Notes under the pieces: generated by a model
The model's input: the letters and a program-made list of their open reading frames with translations, nothing else
What the model was told of the DNA's origin: nothing
Database searches by the model: none
In this document: positions 1-13,153 of the stretch, piece after piece
How the letters are laid out: each line of letters starts with the position of its first letter
Position numbering within the stretch: position 1 is the first letter of the stretch
Position numbers and translations under genes: made by a program
Assembly: GCA_050230475.1 (NCBI GenBank)
Contig: JBFLGF010000159.1
Location: 1 to 64,000, forward strand
DNA from: Ancylonema sp.
Taxonomy: Eukaryota
Direction of reading: 5' to 3'
Length of the DNA: 64,000 nucleotides

Positions 1-362
1 GGGGGGAGGGGGGAGGGGGGGTTGGCATCTGGGTGGATTGCGAAGGATGTCTTCTCGGATTTTTTTATTTCATGTTTATTCATTTGGTTTATGGATTTGT
101 TTCTGCTCAGTATGCGGTGCACACGAATCGATGTTTTTTTTCGATGCCCATCTCAATGACTCGCAGAATGCCCACTGATACACCAACGTGTGAAACACGC
201 AATGTCTCAAAATGCGATAGAATCGTACAATCCCTTCCAATCCCATAAAAAAATCACCCCACCCCTCCCAAACAAACCCAACAAAAAAAAACACAAAAAA
301 AACAACAATACAAAACAACAACACGCACACCCTCACCCCCCCATTCCCCTTCCTGTTCCCAG

Positions 363-2559
363 AGCCGTGCTCGAGAACAACATGGAGGTTGCCGTGAAAC
401 GCCTTGAGTGCGAATCCCGTCAGGGCGAGAAAGAGTTTCTTACCGAGGTGGAGCTGCTCAGCCGCCTCCACCATCGCCACCTGGTGAACCTCATCGGGTT
501 CTGCGAGGAGGGGCAGAGTCTGTGTCTCGTGTACGAGTTCGTGCCAATGGGGACGCTCAGGGACATGCTGAGAGGTGGGGGAGGGGGGGGGGGGGTGGGG
601 GGGTGGGGGGTGGTACAAACCCCCGTCTCCTGTTTTCTTTGTTTTTTTATTTTGCATTTTTCCCGGTTTTTTTTGTTTTTTTTGTTTTTTGTTTTTTTTG
701 TTTGTTTATTTCTGCATTTTCGTATTCTTAGGACACAAGCTGCCATTTACTTTTTTTTTTCTCTTTTCACAATCACTACTCATCTTTTTCCTTCCTGTTA
801 ATTCGTCGGATGCTCTTTTTTTCCAAGCCTTGTTCTGTCCGCCATCAGATTCTGCGACCTGACCCCGATTCCCCCCCTCCCCCTCCCCCTGCCCCCCAGA
901 CGAGTCCAAGTCCGGTTCCCTCCTCTTCCCCTCCCGCCTCCGCATCGCTTTGGGAGCTGCACGCGGAATCGAGTACCTTCACTCGGGCGCAATCCCAGCT
1001 GTCATACACAGGTACAGGGACAGGGACAGGGACAGGGACAGGAGAGAGGGGTCAGGGGGGGGGGGGGGTTGGAGGCAGGGAGGGACAGGGGTGACAGGTG
1101 TTGGGTGGGGGGTTGGGGTGCAGGGACATAAAATCTTCCAACATTCTGCTGGAGGCTACGCTGGACGCAAAAGTGAGGGGTCAGGGGGGGGGGGTTAGAG
1201 TTTTTATAAAGAAAAGGGGGGGAGGGGAAAGATTACAAACATTATGGACAGAAAAAAAAAAAGAGAAGGTGGAAAATATGTGCGAGGGAGTGGGTCCTTA
1301 CGCGTGTGCCATCTCGTGTTTCCCACGTGCCAGGTGGCAGATTTCGGTTTGTCCAAACTGGGAAAGGGCAGCGAGGAACCGGAGTCGACTCACATCAGCA
1401 CAGCTGTACGAGGCACACTTGGTCAGCACCCCAGACCCCAGACCCCAGTCCCCAGATAAACCCCAGACAGGCTGCAACAAGGAGCTCACCCCCCCCCCCC
1501 CTTTTCCCCCCTCAGGCTATCTGGACCCTCAGTATTACAAGACCCGCCGCCTGACCGACAAGAGTGACGTGTACAGTTTCGGGGTGGTACTGCTGGAGCT
1601 CATCACTGGGCGGCTGCCGATCTGGGTCCATTCTGGTGCCACGTCAGCGAGCCAGGTGGCGCCGTCGGATTCGTCCACGGGGCAGTGGGTGGGGGCGGAG
1701 GAGGAGGGGGGAGAGAAGGTGTTCCTGCTCGTTGATTGGGTGAGATATCGTAGGGGTCGACCAGTTATAATTTATATAATAATAATAATTTAAAAAAAAA
1801 AAAAAAACAAAAAAAAAAAACGGATTTATGTCCATGTCTGGTCAAGTAACCGTTTCCAAACTTGGTGTCTTTTTTTTCCAGGCGGTTCCTTCTATCAAAT
1901 CAAAGAATCTGGAGGAGGTTTTGGCCCCGCAGCTCCAGAACCTTCCGACCAATCAGAGGGCGGTTCTCGCCGACGTGGCTGACCTGGCAGCGCGATGTGT
2001 GGACTCACAGGTGGGCCCCACCCTACTGCAACCGCACCCCTGTCTACTCCTAATGCTAGTTGGTAAAAGAGTGGTTATTGAGGCGAGGGATGTTATTAAG
2101 GGTGGAGGAGTGATGATGCTGATGATGATGAGGATGATGAGGATGGGGATGAGACGATTGTGATGATGTCGTGATAATGATGATGATGTTGAAATGATAG
2201 TGGCGATGAGTTCATAATTCGTGATGTATCATGGAACCAAAAAAAAAAAAAAAAAACGTATTTCTTTCCCCCCCCCATCCCACCCCCCCCATATCCAGCC
2301 AAAAGACCGTCCAGCGATGAGTGAAGTGGTTCGAACCCTGGAGCTGACATATTTGGGCGTTTCGAAGACCTTCCCCCCTGCGCGGAAAGGCGGGTCTGCG
2401 CACCCGGGCGGCGCACCCCCAGCCCCCAATCCCCCCTATGAGATGGACCTCCCCTTGTTGAAGCCCAATGAGCCCAACGGTCGATCCGTACAGCTCTATG
2501 CCGCGCCCAGTGCGCGAAACTTGTTGGCGAAACTGGCGAAGAAGAGGGAGGAGGTGTGA
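363..2559 (+). CDS. Receptor-like (RLK/Pelle family) Ser/Thr protein kinase, 5'-truncated by the window; exons 363-574, 900-1011, 1124-1172, 1334-1421, 1516-1739, 1882-2010, 2299-2559
   Basis: Spliced GT-AG exons give in-phase kinase motifs [73 protein letters not shown] and RPAMSEVV. The Gly-rich loop lies upstream of the window. Confidence 0.93.
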
Positions 2560-4661
2560 GGAAGAGCGGGGAAGTATTTAGCATATAGCGCGGTCTCCAT
2601 TCCGCTTTCTAGTTTTGTAACCCATGGTGCGGGTTGGGGGAGGGGGGACCATGGTTTTGGTATTGCTTCGGACGGTGTGTGCGGATCTCAACGAATATAT
2701 TTTTAACGAACACGAGGAAAGCCTAGAGGGATTTTGATGGATGTGATAGTACATGCAACGGCGCAATAGAAAAATGGCGCAATAGGTAGTGGCACAATAC
2801 TATGTATCAATCACGAAGGTGTGCCGCCCAAAGGTGCATTTGGCCCCTCGCGCAAAGATGGATGTATGTGCAACAAGTAGCTTTAGTGCTAAGCAAGCTT
2901 GCGCGTTAGGAGTGACATAGATCGAAGTTCGCTTTGGTATTTGCATGCATACATAGAAAGTCAAACGAATTATTGCTCCCTACTTAAGCGAATAAATTGG
3001 CATGTAGTAGGTGACCATCATCCCAAGTTTGTCGGTGGATAATTGTCATTGGGTTGTATGTTACGATGTTGTTCGTGAAGTTTCTCAACAATTGGTAACC
3101 TATTCCATTATGGTAAATGAAGATGTGTGTGGCTTTCCATGCGCACTCATGAATGGTTGGTTATTGATTCTACTTTTGGTTCATCGATGATAAGATCTTC
3201 GGTCCACGTGAAGTGACTCATCCCCTCTTCCTTGCATACACTTTTTTGTCCTGACCTACATTCGTTCCATGCGCAAACAAGCTCGGGTGCATGTAATCGG
3301 TCAATATTAGATTACAACATCATAAATAAAATGCTCACATCCTACACAGTATTTTCTACACTTCAACTCAAATTCCGAATTCCAAACTGTCAAATTGCAA
3401 CAGGAGCAATAAGTTCAATATCCGTGGCAATAATAGCATGTGTTCAAAACGTTTCCTTTGGGTTAACACATTTGTCCGGGTTGAAAGTGCTGCCAGAGGG
3501 CACTACCGTATATCCAACTGGGATGAGGTGACAAGTTTGTGTTTCGGTAGTCCACAAGGACTGGGAGTGGTGGATATTGTACGTCTTACCCTCGTTGATA
3601 CCAAGGAAAAGCAGTAGAAAAGGTGATGTATATTGCGCCAAGCGTTGCCCTGTCGACACGATGTGTATTGCTAATGAATGCTATCGTTGTCGCTATAACT
3701 TCAATCGTCGTTGTGCCATACATGATTATGCCACACAGACGTGAGAAGACATCGCAATAAAGAACTTACCCCCGATACATCATCAACTCAAACGCTCTAT
3801 GTGTTCCACACCAACCAAGCACGATGTAGCGTCGAAAAGACACCCATTGTATTGACATGAAAGTAGTATTGTTTGTTTGTGTTTCTTATCGCCCTCATTG
3901 ATGGAGACTTGCAATTTCACTCAACCCCTAACGCAGGACGTAGCTTCAACGACTAAAGCTTCGTCACAACCATAGTTAAGCCGGAGGCATGCGTGCTCCA
4001 TGCGCGTCCCACACGTACTTTATCTCGACCGCGTGTGGTACGCGTGCGTGAAAAATCCGGGCGGTGCAAGACCCTTCATATAACAATTGAGAGAAAAATA
4101 ATATTGAAAAAAAGGACCACCATTACAGTCGGTTTCCAAATACTAGTTAGTGTAGGTACGGTATGTAGTATGTCGCACGTACTATGGGCATTGTGTATCG
4201 TGCGGTGCATTCGTGAACATTACGAAAGTCCATTGGATTGTATCCCGAAACTAGGACACTCTGGCACATTGCGGCAAAGTGGTTTTCGAGAATGCTACTT
4301 AGCATCATCGGGGTGTCGTAGTGCGTGGAGTGATACCGGTTCAATCTACTCACTTTTCGTTTTGGTCATTTGAGGTATATCATACATGTGACATACGGGA
4401 TGAAACACGAGGTACATTAGTGTTGCATACATTAAATGTCCACGCCGACAATATGTCATGGTCAAATGGCACAACACTTTTCTTTCAACACTTACTCTCG
4501 CGGGTCAAGACACATTGATCGGTTGAATGGCAGAGGTTTTGTCAACTCCAGATGATGTGTCTAGATTTCGAAAGTCACAGGCAACAGGGGGGAGGACATC
4601 AAATTCCTATTCGGTTGAGTATCCGGGCGGAGAAGTGATAGATGTCCAAATGCATTACGGG

Positions 4662-6568
4662 TCGGGATGGGGCCCAGCCCGCAACCCCACCCAACCCCGC
4701 AACTCCGTTCGGGGTGCGCAACTCCCGCCCCCGAGCACGCCAAACCCAACCAACCCAACCCGCAACACGGAGTTGCGAGTTGCGTGGAGTTGCGGGGTTG
4801 CGTCGGGGTTGCGTGTTGCATTTTGGGGTTGCGTGTTGCATTTTGGGGTTGCGTGGGGTTGCGTGGGGTTGCGAAAAATAATAAGAGAGGGAATTTATCG
4901 ATCCCATTATAGGATCGATATCTCGATCTTTGGCTCAGATTTTTCGTCATGGATTTCCCTCATCTTGGAAGGGACGAAGCTTCTTCAGAGTTCCACATTT
5001 AGCACTCAAATATGCTAACCATTTAACGATTTGTACAGTAAAACTTGTCTTAGTGAACGATTTGTACGGTAAAACTTGTCTCCATTAATACTGTCGGGAC
5101 CGGGAAAAATGATCAATTAGTACAGGTTATTAATTAACACGTTAGATTATCGGGCGAAATCGGGCTGAAATTTTACTACTAGTTAAGACAGGTTATTAAT
5201 TAGCACAATAATAATTAGTATAGGTCTCACTGTAGTGTGGGGAGGGAGGCATGGCCGACGAAAGTAGCGGAGGTAGAGCTCCAGAGAGCTCCGATTCAGG
5301 CTCTGATAATTCACGTAGATCTAGTTCCCCAACAGTATTTCCGGTGGGAGAGAAGGTCTGCAGCCAATTTGTACACGCGTTGGTCAAGTCGGGGGTACAC
5401 TTCGTACAACGTCCTAGTGGCGGCGGCAAAACAAACAAAAAAACAAACAAAGCCTAGGGCTTTGTACAAAACCCGGGGTTGGAGTGAAGAGTGTGATGAA
5501 GATGAGGATGTACCGATGGGCTCAGCGAAAGTCACTCTTGAGTACCTCTTTGGCGACTTGAAGCTGCCGTCCATTAGCATTGCTGACCTCCTTGCCTACA
5601 ATCTAGGATATTTGATAGTAGAACCTTGTCATACATGTGCCACCATAGGGTGGTAGAAAATTTATGATTCCAAACTAGTCATCGCTTACGCTGCGAGTTA
5701 TGACTTCGGCACTTTTATTTATGACAATTTTGGTATATACTACAATAAATTTGTTATATGTGTCGGTCCGAATCCAATACCTGTAATGTTCGTTGCTAAA
5801 CATCTACGTGCAGTCTCTCACACCCACCTAAAAACATTACTCACACGATGGCCCCAAGTATTGATTATTTTCTGTCGTTATACTCCAAATACTCGTTGCA
5901 ATGGTGTGACACTCCAATGAAATGAAATACTCGTTGCAATGGTGTGACACTCCAATGAAATGGTAACATTGCGAATTAGTACATTAACTCTACAATACAA
6001 GGTTATATGTAACGAACGACCGACTGCTATTTACTCCTTCAAAATAGTGAAGAGATGGGAATTGTAGTTGCGGAGCAACACGTACACGGAGTAACACGAG
6101 TTGAACGATTCAAAAGGTTTGAATTAAGACAATGGAAAAATATACAAACGTTCGTTGCATTATGGATGAAGACAAAGCCGAAGATTGACTTAAAAGGCAT
6201 AAAAAATCGACATGCAAAAGAAATACAAGTTATATTTACAGTGATATTATCGAACTACCTTCCAATGATTGTATCTTTCTCATGTGCAGTACGTTACTAA
6301 TAAAAACGCTCAACTCGCATTACATGTATCATATATTTGTTTCCGAATTCGCATTGCATCATTTGGGGGTGAAAACCCTTTTTTTGGTGGCTTTGTGGGG
6401 TTGCGTGTTGCTTTTTGGGGTTGCGTGTTGCTTTTCGGGATTGCATGTTGCTTTTTGGGGTTGCGTGTTGCTATTTGGGGTTGCGTGGGGTTGGGTGGAG
6501 TTGCGTGGGGTTGCGAAAAAAACAACAACACGCAACCCAAAGGGGTTTAGGGTTGCGCCCCATCCCTA
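4662..6568. mobile_element. Non-autonomous hAT (Ac/Ds-like) element, 1.9 kb
   Basis: Ends TCGGGATGGGG...CCCCATCCCTA resemble the Ac TAGGGATG terminus. Perfect 8-bp TSD ATTACGGG (4654-4661 and 6569-6576). Dense subterminal GGGTTGCG/CGCAACCC repeats at both ends. No intact transposase. Confidence 0.88.
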
Positions 6569-7694
6569 ATTACGGGTATTCCGAAATGCACGCGTGTCAA
6601 TCCTCAGCTCCTCAAGCATGGTCTTCATTGCCTTCTGCGTAAGACTAAGGAAATTGCTCGTGCTTACAACTCTGTCCCATGTTTTCTTTACATTGAAATA
6701 TGATTATTTGAGATACACGCTGACTAAATGATGTCTTCGTTCACACGACCGTGATTGAGTTGCACGCAAAAGCAAGAGGTGAAGAGGCACGAAAAAACAA
6801 GCAAACAAACTAAAATCACAAACACAGTTCCGAGCTTCGGGTTGATTTTTCGAAATGAGCACCTGAATCGGATGGCTACAACCCGATACACCTACACCAT
6901 CTCCTTCCTAAAGATAACATAGTCTAATCTAAAATCTACTCTTTGTTTCCTACCTAGAGTAGAGCCTGCTACATGCGATACTATCTAGCATTATGTACAC
7001 TCATCATGAACAAAAAACACTAGCAATCTCTACACCTTCACTTTGAATCTTCATATATAAAAGCAGTTTTTACATGAACGTAACCGTCCTTTGCGGAAAA
7101 TTCGTACACAATCAGCCAGTCCTCCCAACTTTTTGGAAAAAATTGCAAAGCGAGTTGACACTGTTCAGAAGGTCACCTATGTACATCGTGGTATCAACTG
7201 AAGGAACAGACGGACGGACGGACTATCGCAGAAAGGAGGGTCCGGACCACGCAGCGCCACCTACAATATGTGAAGCATTACGCAATGAGTTACGGGATCT
7301 CAATACATCGAATAGAAGGCAACAGCATGAGATCGAAAGATAATCACTTTGTACTCGAACTGGCTTGAGTGGGACTGGTAGAGCAACCAGGCAAAAGATC
7401 CGTCCTTCATTAATATTGACCCTGGAGTCCTCTCTCTAATCCAGTGGTAGTTTGTCCAGAAAAAGAACCTCAGTGAACTTCTCATGATAAAATAAAAAAG
7501 ATCCATGACATCATGTCATCTACACCTTGAGGAAAGAGGTAAGAGGATAGAGGTAAGAGGGAAGGGGTAAGAAGTACGTTTTCAGTACACCACATGGCCT
7601 TTGAAATGCTACAACATATCCGGCTTGCACACCACTGTCAGTCCCAACAAAGCTGTCTAAGAACAAATCCTCCCAAATGACACCTGTCTGCAGA

Positions 7695-9170
7695 TTACAT
7701 TCCCCGAAAAAAATCGTTCTGTGGCTTACCCAAAGGCCCCAGCGTCGGTCCTGCGTATAGGTCCGTACCGTTGTGTCCCATAGTCTTGTCACCGACCAAG
7801 AGGCCCCCATCCACGCCGACTCCGACTCCTGACACCTGGCCGTACAAACCGGAGGTGTCCATCAATTGCGTGATTCCGCTGTTGCTTTGGACGGACCTCT
7901 GTGGCAGGGCAGCCACGTTTCCGTGCATGTCCGTCTCTTGCGCTGACTGTACGGCCATCATGTCGATGCCCGCGTTGTACAGGACGCCCTTGAAGATGTG
8001 GCCGCCGATTCGTGCGGTCGCGTGGTAGCCGAACTCGAACGTGCGATCCACCACTCCTGTGACTCGCACGCTTTTCAGGAGCACGTTCTGCGTGAGCTCG
8101 GCTGGGAGGGGCATCTTGGCTGCAACCACCAAACAGTTGCATCAACGAGTTAGACACAATGTGAAGTAGCGTGTAGACATTAACGTGGCAAAAAATTCCC
8201 ACTCTGATTTGAGAAGAGCCCAAGATTCCTGCTACCGAAGACCTCTCATTGCTTGACTAGGGTGACAGGATAACTCGGTAGGCGCACCAACAAAGCAGTG
8301 CTGAAATCAGTATGATAACAGCAGTGTGGCCAGATATTACTAATGCACACGTGATTCAGCACCGGCCCCAATACATGTTAAATACGGTGGAAGACTCTAT
8401 CGCTGTATTGATTTGCATAACATACAAACATGTTCCGTGCCACATGTGAGAAGCGCACATGACACGCCATTAAGACTCCGTTTTGGTTGAGTTGAGGTAC
8501 AGGATTAAGATGTCAAGGCAACAAAAATGCCGCATTCAAATTTCAGTGCGACTTCCAGGGAATGCTATCCAAGGGATCACTCATCGCAGCATGTTCAACT
8601 GTCAAATTAGTCCACGAATTACAGTACACAAACAGATGTTTGGTGGAGGGCATGTGATTCCACTGGCGAAACTCATAAGTCGGAACCATGAAACAGAGTA
8701 GTGCTCTCACGGTGTAGATGACTTGCAACGGTCATTTCGGGAATGACAGCATTCTGTTGCGTTAAGTTTTGCAGCTGGACGGCGTTTGCATGTAGCTGTA
8801 TTGCCAATTGCTGCTGGTGCTGCTGTTGAACCGCTAGCTGATCTGGGTGAGGCATGAGAGTATCAGTCCCGGCAGAAATAATGCTCGAGCTTCTTGCACG
8901 TTTCAATTTCGGAGGGTGTGGCAGGCCGTTTGCAATGGCATGAGCTTCGAGTTGCTGCCTCTCCCTCCGCCTAGCAGCTGGTACCCACGTGGATTTCTCG
9001 TGCGTTGGACATGGAAACCCGCGTGACTTGCAGCACGTACGGCAGCGATTAAAAGTACAGTCTTTTTTTGCGGAGTTCCCGCACTCCTGACAAGCAGTAC
9101 TGCCTTCTCTCAGAGATGGTGATGAGTCCGCCCCAGCTTGGACCACATCAAGAGTCTCGTGAACTTCCAT
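7695..9170 (-). CDS. SHI/STY (SRS family) RING-like zinc-finger transcription factor; exons 9170-8711 and 8119-7695 (start codon uncertain)
   Basis: Zinc finger [46 protein letters not shown], a Gln-rich linker, and the C-terminal IGGH domain ([16 protein letters not shown]). A phase-1 GT-AG intron joins the two in frame. Confidence 0.93.
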
Positions 9171-9552
9171 GCAAGGAACCACGAAGGACAGAACGTTCAC
9201 ACAACCAAAGCTGACCAGCGCTATGCGGCGAAGGAAGACAGACGACGACGAGGTCAGTCCGAAAAGTCAACTCCGCAACTTGTTGCCCGTATCTCGCGGA
9301 GCATGCTTCGCTACCACGAGAACTACGATTGGGACTCAAACTCGTTCGTGAAGCTCAGTGCCGCTAGGCGGCGTAGATTAGGATAGCCTACGTGCACACA
9401 GGCATAGGAGGTTGCCAACCGACAGCAGCGAACGACAGGTTCTGGATGCTACACGGCGGTTAGTAGGGTGGACTTTTGAGTTCACGATAGACTTGTCAGA
9501 CTTGTTACCTCAAAGCGTGAGACTCGAGTAGGCATGCAGGATCGAATGGATC

Positions 9553-9560
9553 TAGGGTTT
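9553..9560. promoter_or_regulatory. Telo-box (TAGGGTTT/AAACCCTA) in the divergent SHI/STY-TRFL intergenic region
   Basis: Exact 8-mer match to the plant telo-box, between two divergent start codons 740 bp apart. A short motif, so chance occurrence is possible. Confidence 0.35.
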
Positions 9561-9570
9561 AACCGACCCC

Positions 9571-9720
9571 TAGGGCTACGAAGTGTGCAGGGAGCCCATC
9601 GGGAGCGATCGGAGCTCTGGGCTCTTAAGGCTCTGGGTTACTGCTCGGCGCCCGGACCCCGGAGCCCGACTTTGCGCCAGGAGCTGACTCAGAGCCCAGA
9701 GCCCAAATCGTTACGCTGTA
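9571..9720. repeat. Degenerate GGAGCCC-repeat MITE remnant, related to the element at 15606-15963
   Basis: Shares GGAGCCC/GGGCTC units and the ATCGGAGC...CTGGGCTC blocks. No clear TIR or TSD. Confidence 0.5.
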
Positions 9721-9910
9721 GACCGTTCTAACCGATTCAGATCGTATCGAACCGATTCAAGACGGGACCTGGACCGATGTTTCAAAATCTACGGTCGGGC
9801 TGGGCTCCACGGGCTCGTTTCAACGGGTCCACAGAGGGTGGACGTTTTCGCGGGCTTGCTTCTCGAGGGCCTGAACTCTGACGCCTCAAATTGTCGGGTA
9901 ACCGAATCAG

Positions 9911-12900
9911 ATGACGTCAGGACAGACGCAAGGGGCAGCGTTCACAGGTCATTCTTTTGTAGATGTCGATGACAACCCGCAGTGTATACGTCAAGATCCT
10001 GAGGGTCCAGATGCTGCAATGATTGTAGACGGTGGCACGTCCGTTGAGGGTCGGGAGGGTGAAACGAAACTTAGTATGGCTGCGGAACCTGAGTCAAAGG
10101 TAGAACCAGTAGCGGACATACCCGAAGTCAGTACGGGCCCCGAAGCTGAAGCAGCAGCCGAAGTTGAAGTGGACATTGACGTAGAAGTCGATGGCGTTGA
10201 TGATATAGTTGATACTACCTTGGCAACGGATGTTCTCAAGGAGGTGGCTACTGAGCCGACGGATATCAAAGTTGGTGATGGAGTAGAGGGGAGAAGTTTT
10301 ATGGCATATCTGCAGGACGCTCTGCTTCCGCAGGCAATGCAAGGCGGGCTGGGAGACAGTGGCATGGCAGATGTGGAGGGTTTGGAGCCTCCAAGGGGGG
10401 AGGCCGATCTGGATCACCGACATACTCTATTAAACGGGGATGTTTTAGGAATCTCTGGTACGAATGTAGATGTTGAGGATGGGGAAGGGGCACTTGGAGG
10501 TGCCGGGGGTGGCGGAGAAGATGACGACGAGGACATTGACATAGTGGATATCGACGAGGAAGAAGAGGCGCGAGTAAAGATGGCTATGGGGGTGGGAGAA
10601 GGCATTCCGCTGGGGGATGAGGAGGTGGAAGAAGGGTTGTTGGAAGAGGGGGCTTTTACCGCCAACGGAGAGATGCTGGAAGGGGACGCTGGGCTAGCAC
10701 AGGCTCTGGCAGAGGCAGAGGCAGCTGCAGGGGTGGCCTCTGGACTCATGGTAGAGGAGGCTAATGCGAAACGGCTACGGCAGAAACGGCGGCTGGGAGC
10801 AGAAGGGGAGGAGGAGATGGAGATGGATCCAACCGCAGGTGCAGACGGACGCATGCGGTGGGTTCTGAGGGCCCCCCAGCTTGTACTCACAGGGATGGGG
10901 TTGCAGGGGGGTGGAGCGCAGATGGGGATGCGGTTCGGAGGACGCGGCAAAGAACTGCCCGACCAGCACCAGCGAAGAAGAAGCTGCGGCGGCCGACAGA
11001 AGAGGAGGAGACGGAGGGCATGGGGTTGGGAACTGCCATGGGAGGGGGGGGGGTGGAGGAAGAGGAACTTGAACATCTGCAAGAAGACACCTTGGTGGGG
11101 GAAGATGGGGAACCATCTGCTGCCGCTGGAAAGTTGAGAAGAGGTGAGTCAGTAGTCCACCTGTCGCGCTGGCGCAAGGGGTGGGGAAGCCCTCAGTGGA
11201 AGTCTGAGGAGGTTTTGTCCGTCTCTTGCCTTGTCACAATCGGGATTGGCAAGCAGTAGGCAGCTGAGGGGGTGGGTTAAAAGAAGAGGTCGCTGTGTCG
11301 TAAGTCAACAGCGGTGGCTGAGATTTCGCCGAGTGATGTCGCCAGATGATGTTGCTGAATGATGTCTCCAAGTGATGTCGCCGTGTATCCAGGGACGTCC
11401 CCGCACGCTACCGCCCGGGTCTCCAAACTTGGGCGGAAAACCGACGAGCCCCTGGGTGCGTTTCCGTGGATCTCCGTCACACAAACAGAGCCTGCGAGGC
11501 AGTGGACGAATCTGTCAGGTTTTCTGACGCTTGCTGTCCCCCCCCTGCCCATGTTTTCAGTCAAGTTCTCCATCAAGTCTTTCACCGTTCCCGAGCTCAT
11601 AGTCGCCCTTCCCGAGTCCTCCACGGTTGGTCAGCTCAAGGTACGGACCTCGCATACACGCCCTCCATTCTTACAAGCTTCACAGGGAAGTGCGGGGTCT
11701 AAACCCTGGCGGTTGGGGTCGGGGGTTGGGGGTTGGGGTTTGGGGGTTTGGACGTCACAGAAAGCAGTGATGGATGCGGCCATGAAGCTGCTGGGGGGTG
11801 GGCTGCGCGTGCGTGTGCTCATGCACGGGAAGCGCATGCACGAGGAGGCGAGCTCATTGGCGCAAGCGGGAATCTCTCGAGCCACTTTAGGGCCGGGGAA
11901 GGTGTCGGACTCCCTGGCATTCATGCTGGAGCCCAGCCCCCTCTATGCCCTGAACCCTGGGGACACAGACCCCCTCCTCGTGCTCTCCCAAGCCATCCCT
12001 GAACCCGCACCCGTGTAAGAATGCCGCGCGCTATCCCCCCACAACCGTTCCCTGGGCACCGTCCTCTGAAAGACCGGTCGGGTTTTGGGTTCTGTGGCTG
12101 GCAGGCAACCCTTGTCTGCTGTGCCTCAAAATATGAGGCCTCGAGCCAAGGTGAAGGGGAGGGCGGAGGAGGACGCGGACTTCGACGAGGCGGACGAGCG
12201 GCGGCTGGGGCGGGGCAAAGGGCGGGGGCGGGTACCCCAGTCCCCGCACACGACCCGGGTGGCGGCCGCACAGGCCCTGGCAGCCATCCGAGCGCAGGCC
12301 GAGGCCAGCAGGGGGGGGGGGAGGGTGGAGAGCGAGGGGCTTCTGGGTGGGGACGGGGAGGGGCTGGACCCTTCGTCGGGAGCGATCGTGTTGCACCCTT
12401 CGGTTCAGGAGGACGACCTGGATGAGTCTCACATGCAGATTGTGCAGCACGTGCAGCACAGGCGGAGCAGCAGTGCGCTGATGAACCTGGACGGGCGGAG
12501 GAGGATAAGGCGGCCGTTCACTGTGAGTGAGGTGGCCATGCTGGTGGAGGCGGTGGAGAAGTTGGGGAACGGGAGGTGTGCGGCCGCGCTCACGTCGGCG
12601 TGGTGAGGGGCCAAGGCTGGGTCGAGGGTCGAGGTGTGAGGTTTAAGGTTTTAGGTTGATGTTTGAGGTGTAAGGTGCGAGGGTTAAGGTTGAAGGTCTC
12701 AGGTGTAAGGTTTAAGATTTAAGTTGTTGAGGTTTGAGGTTTTAAGCTTTTTTGGGTTGGGGTCAGGGTTGGAGTTCCTTGCCTTGAAGTTTAAGAGGGC
12801 TTACGCTTTTTCTTTCTTTTCTTTGGGGGGGGGCGGGGACAGGTGGAGAGATGTGAAGAACAAGGCGTTTTCACACGCCAAACATCGGACGTATGTGGAT

Positions 12901-13153
12901 CTGAAGGTGAGCCAATTTCCGGAGCGCTGCGTCACTTCCCCTGTGTGTGTGCAAGGGGGAAGCTGATAGTTTCGTGTTGCGATTGCGATTTGGTTTTCAG
13001 GATAAATGGAAGACTTTGGTGCATACCGCTCAAATCGCCCCGCATCAACGCAGGGGGGAACCCGTCCCTCCAGATCTGTTGGAAAGGGTGACCAAAGCGC
13101 ATTCTTATTGGACGGCCCAACTCAGGGCACAACAAGATGAGAGGGACGGATGA
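9911..13153 (+). CDS. Telomere repeat-binding protein (TRFL family 1; TRP1/TBP1-like) with acidic N-terminus, ubiquitin-like domain and C-terminal telobox Myb plus Myb-extension; exons 9911-10838, 10907-11143, 11393-11455, 11561-11640, 11761-12014, 12105-12575, 12843-12906, 13001-13153
   Basis: The spliced C-terminus reads RRRIRRPFTVSEVAMLVEAVEKLGNGRWRDVKNKAFSHAKHRTYVDLKDKWKTLVHTAQIAPHQRRGEPVPPDLLERV. The central domain reads VKFSIKSFTVPEL...TVGQLKKAVMDA...LGGGLRVRV. All intron phases are compatible. Confidence 0.92.

Noticed and set aside
4561..5018. Overlapping ORFs rich in GVA/LRV/ATP repeats (also 6269-6642 and 15662-16089)
   Set aside because: They are translations of MITE subterminal repeats, not genes.
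10839..10906. Apparent frameshift in the 408-aa acidic ORF of the TRFL gene
   Set aside because: It is explained by a 68-nt phase-1 GT-AG intron that restores the frame.
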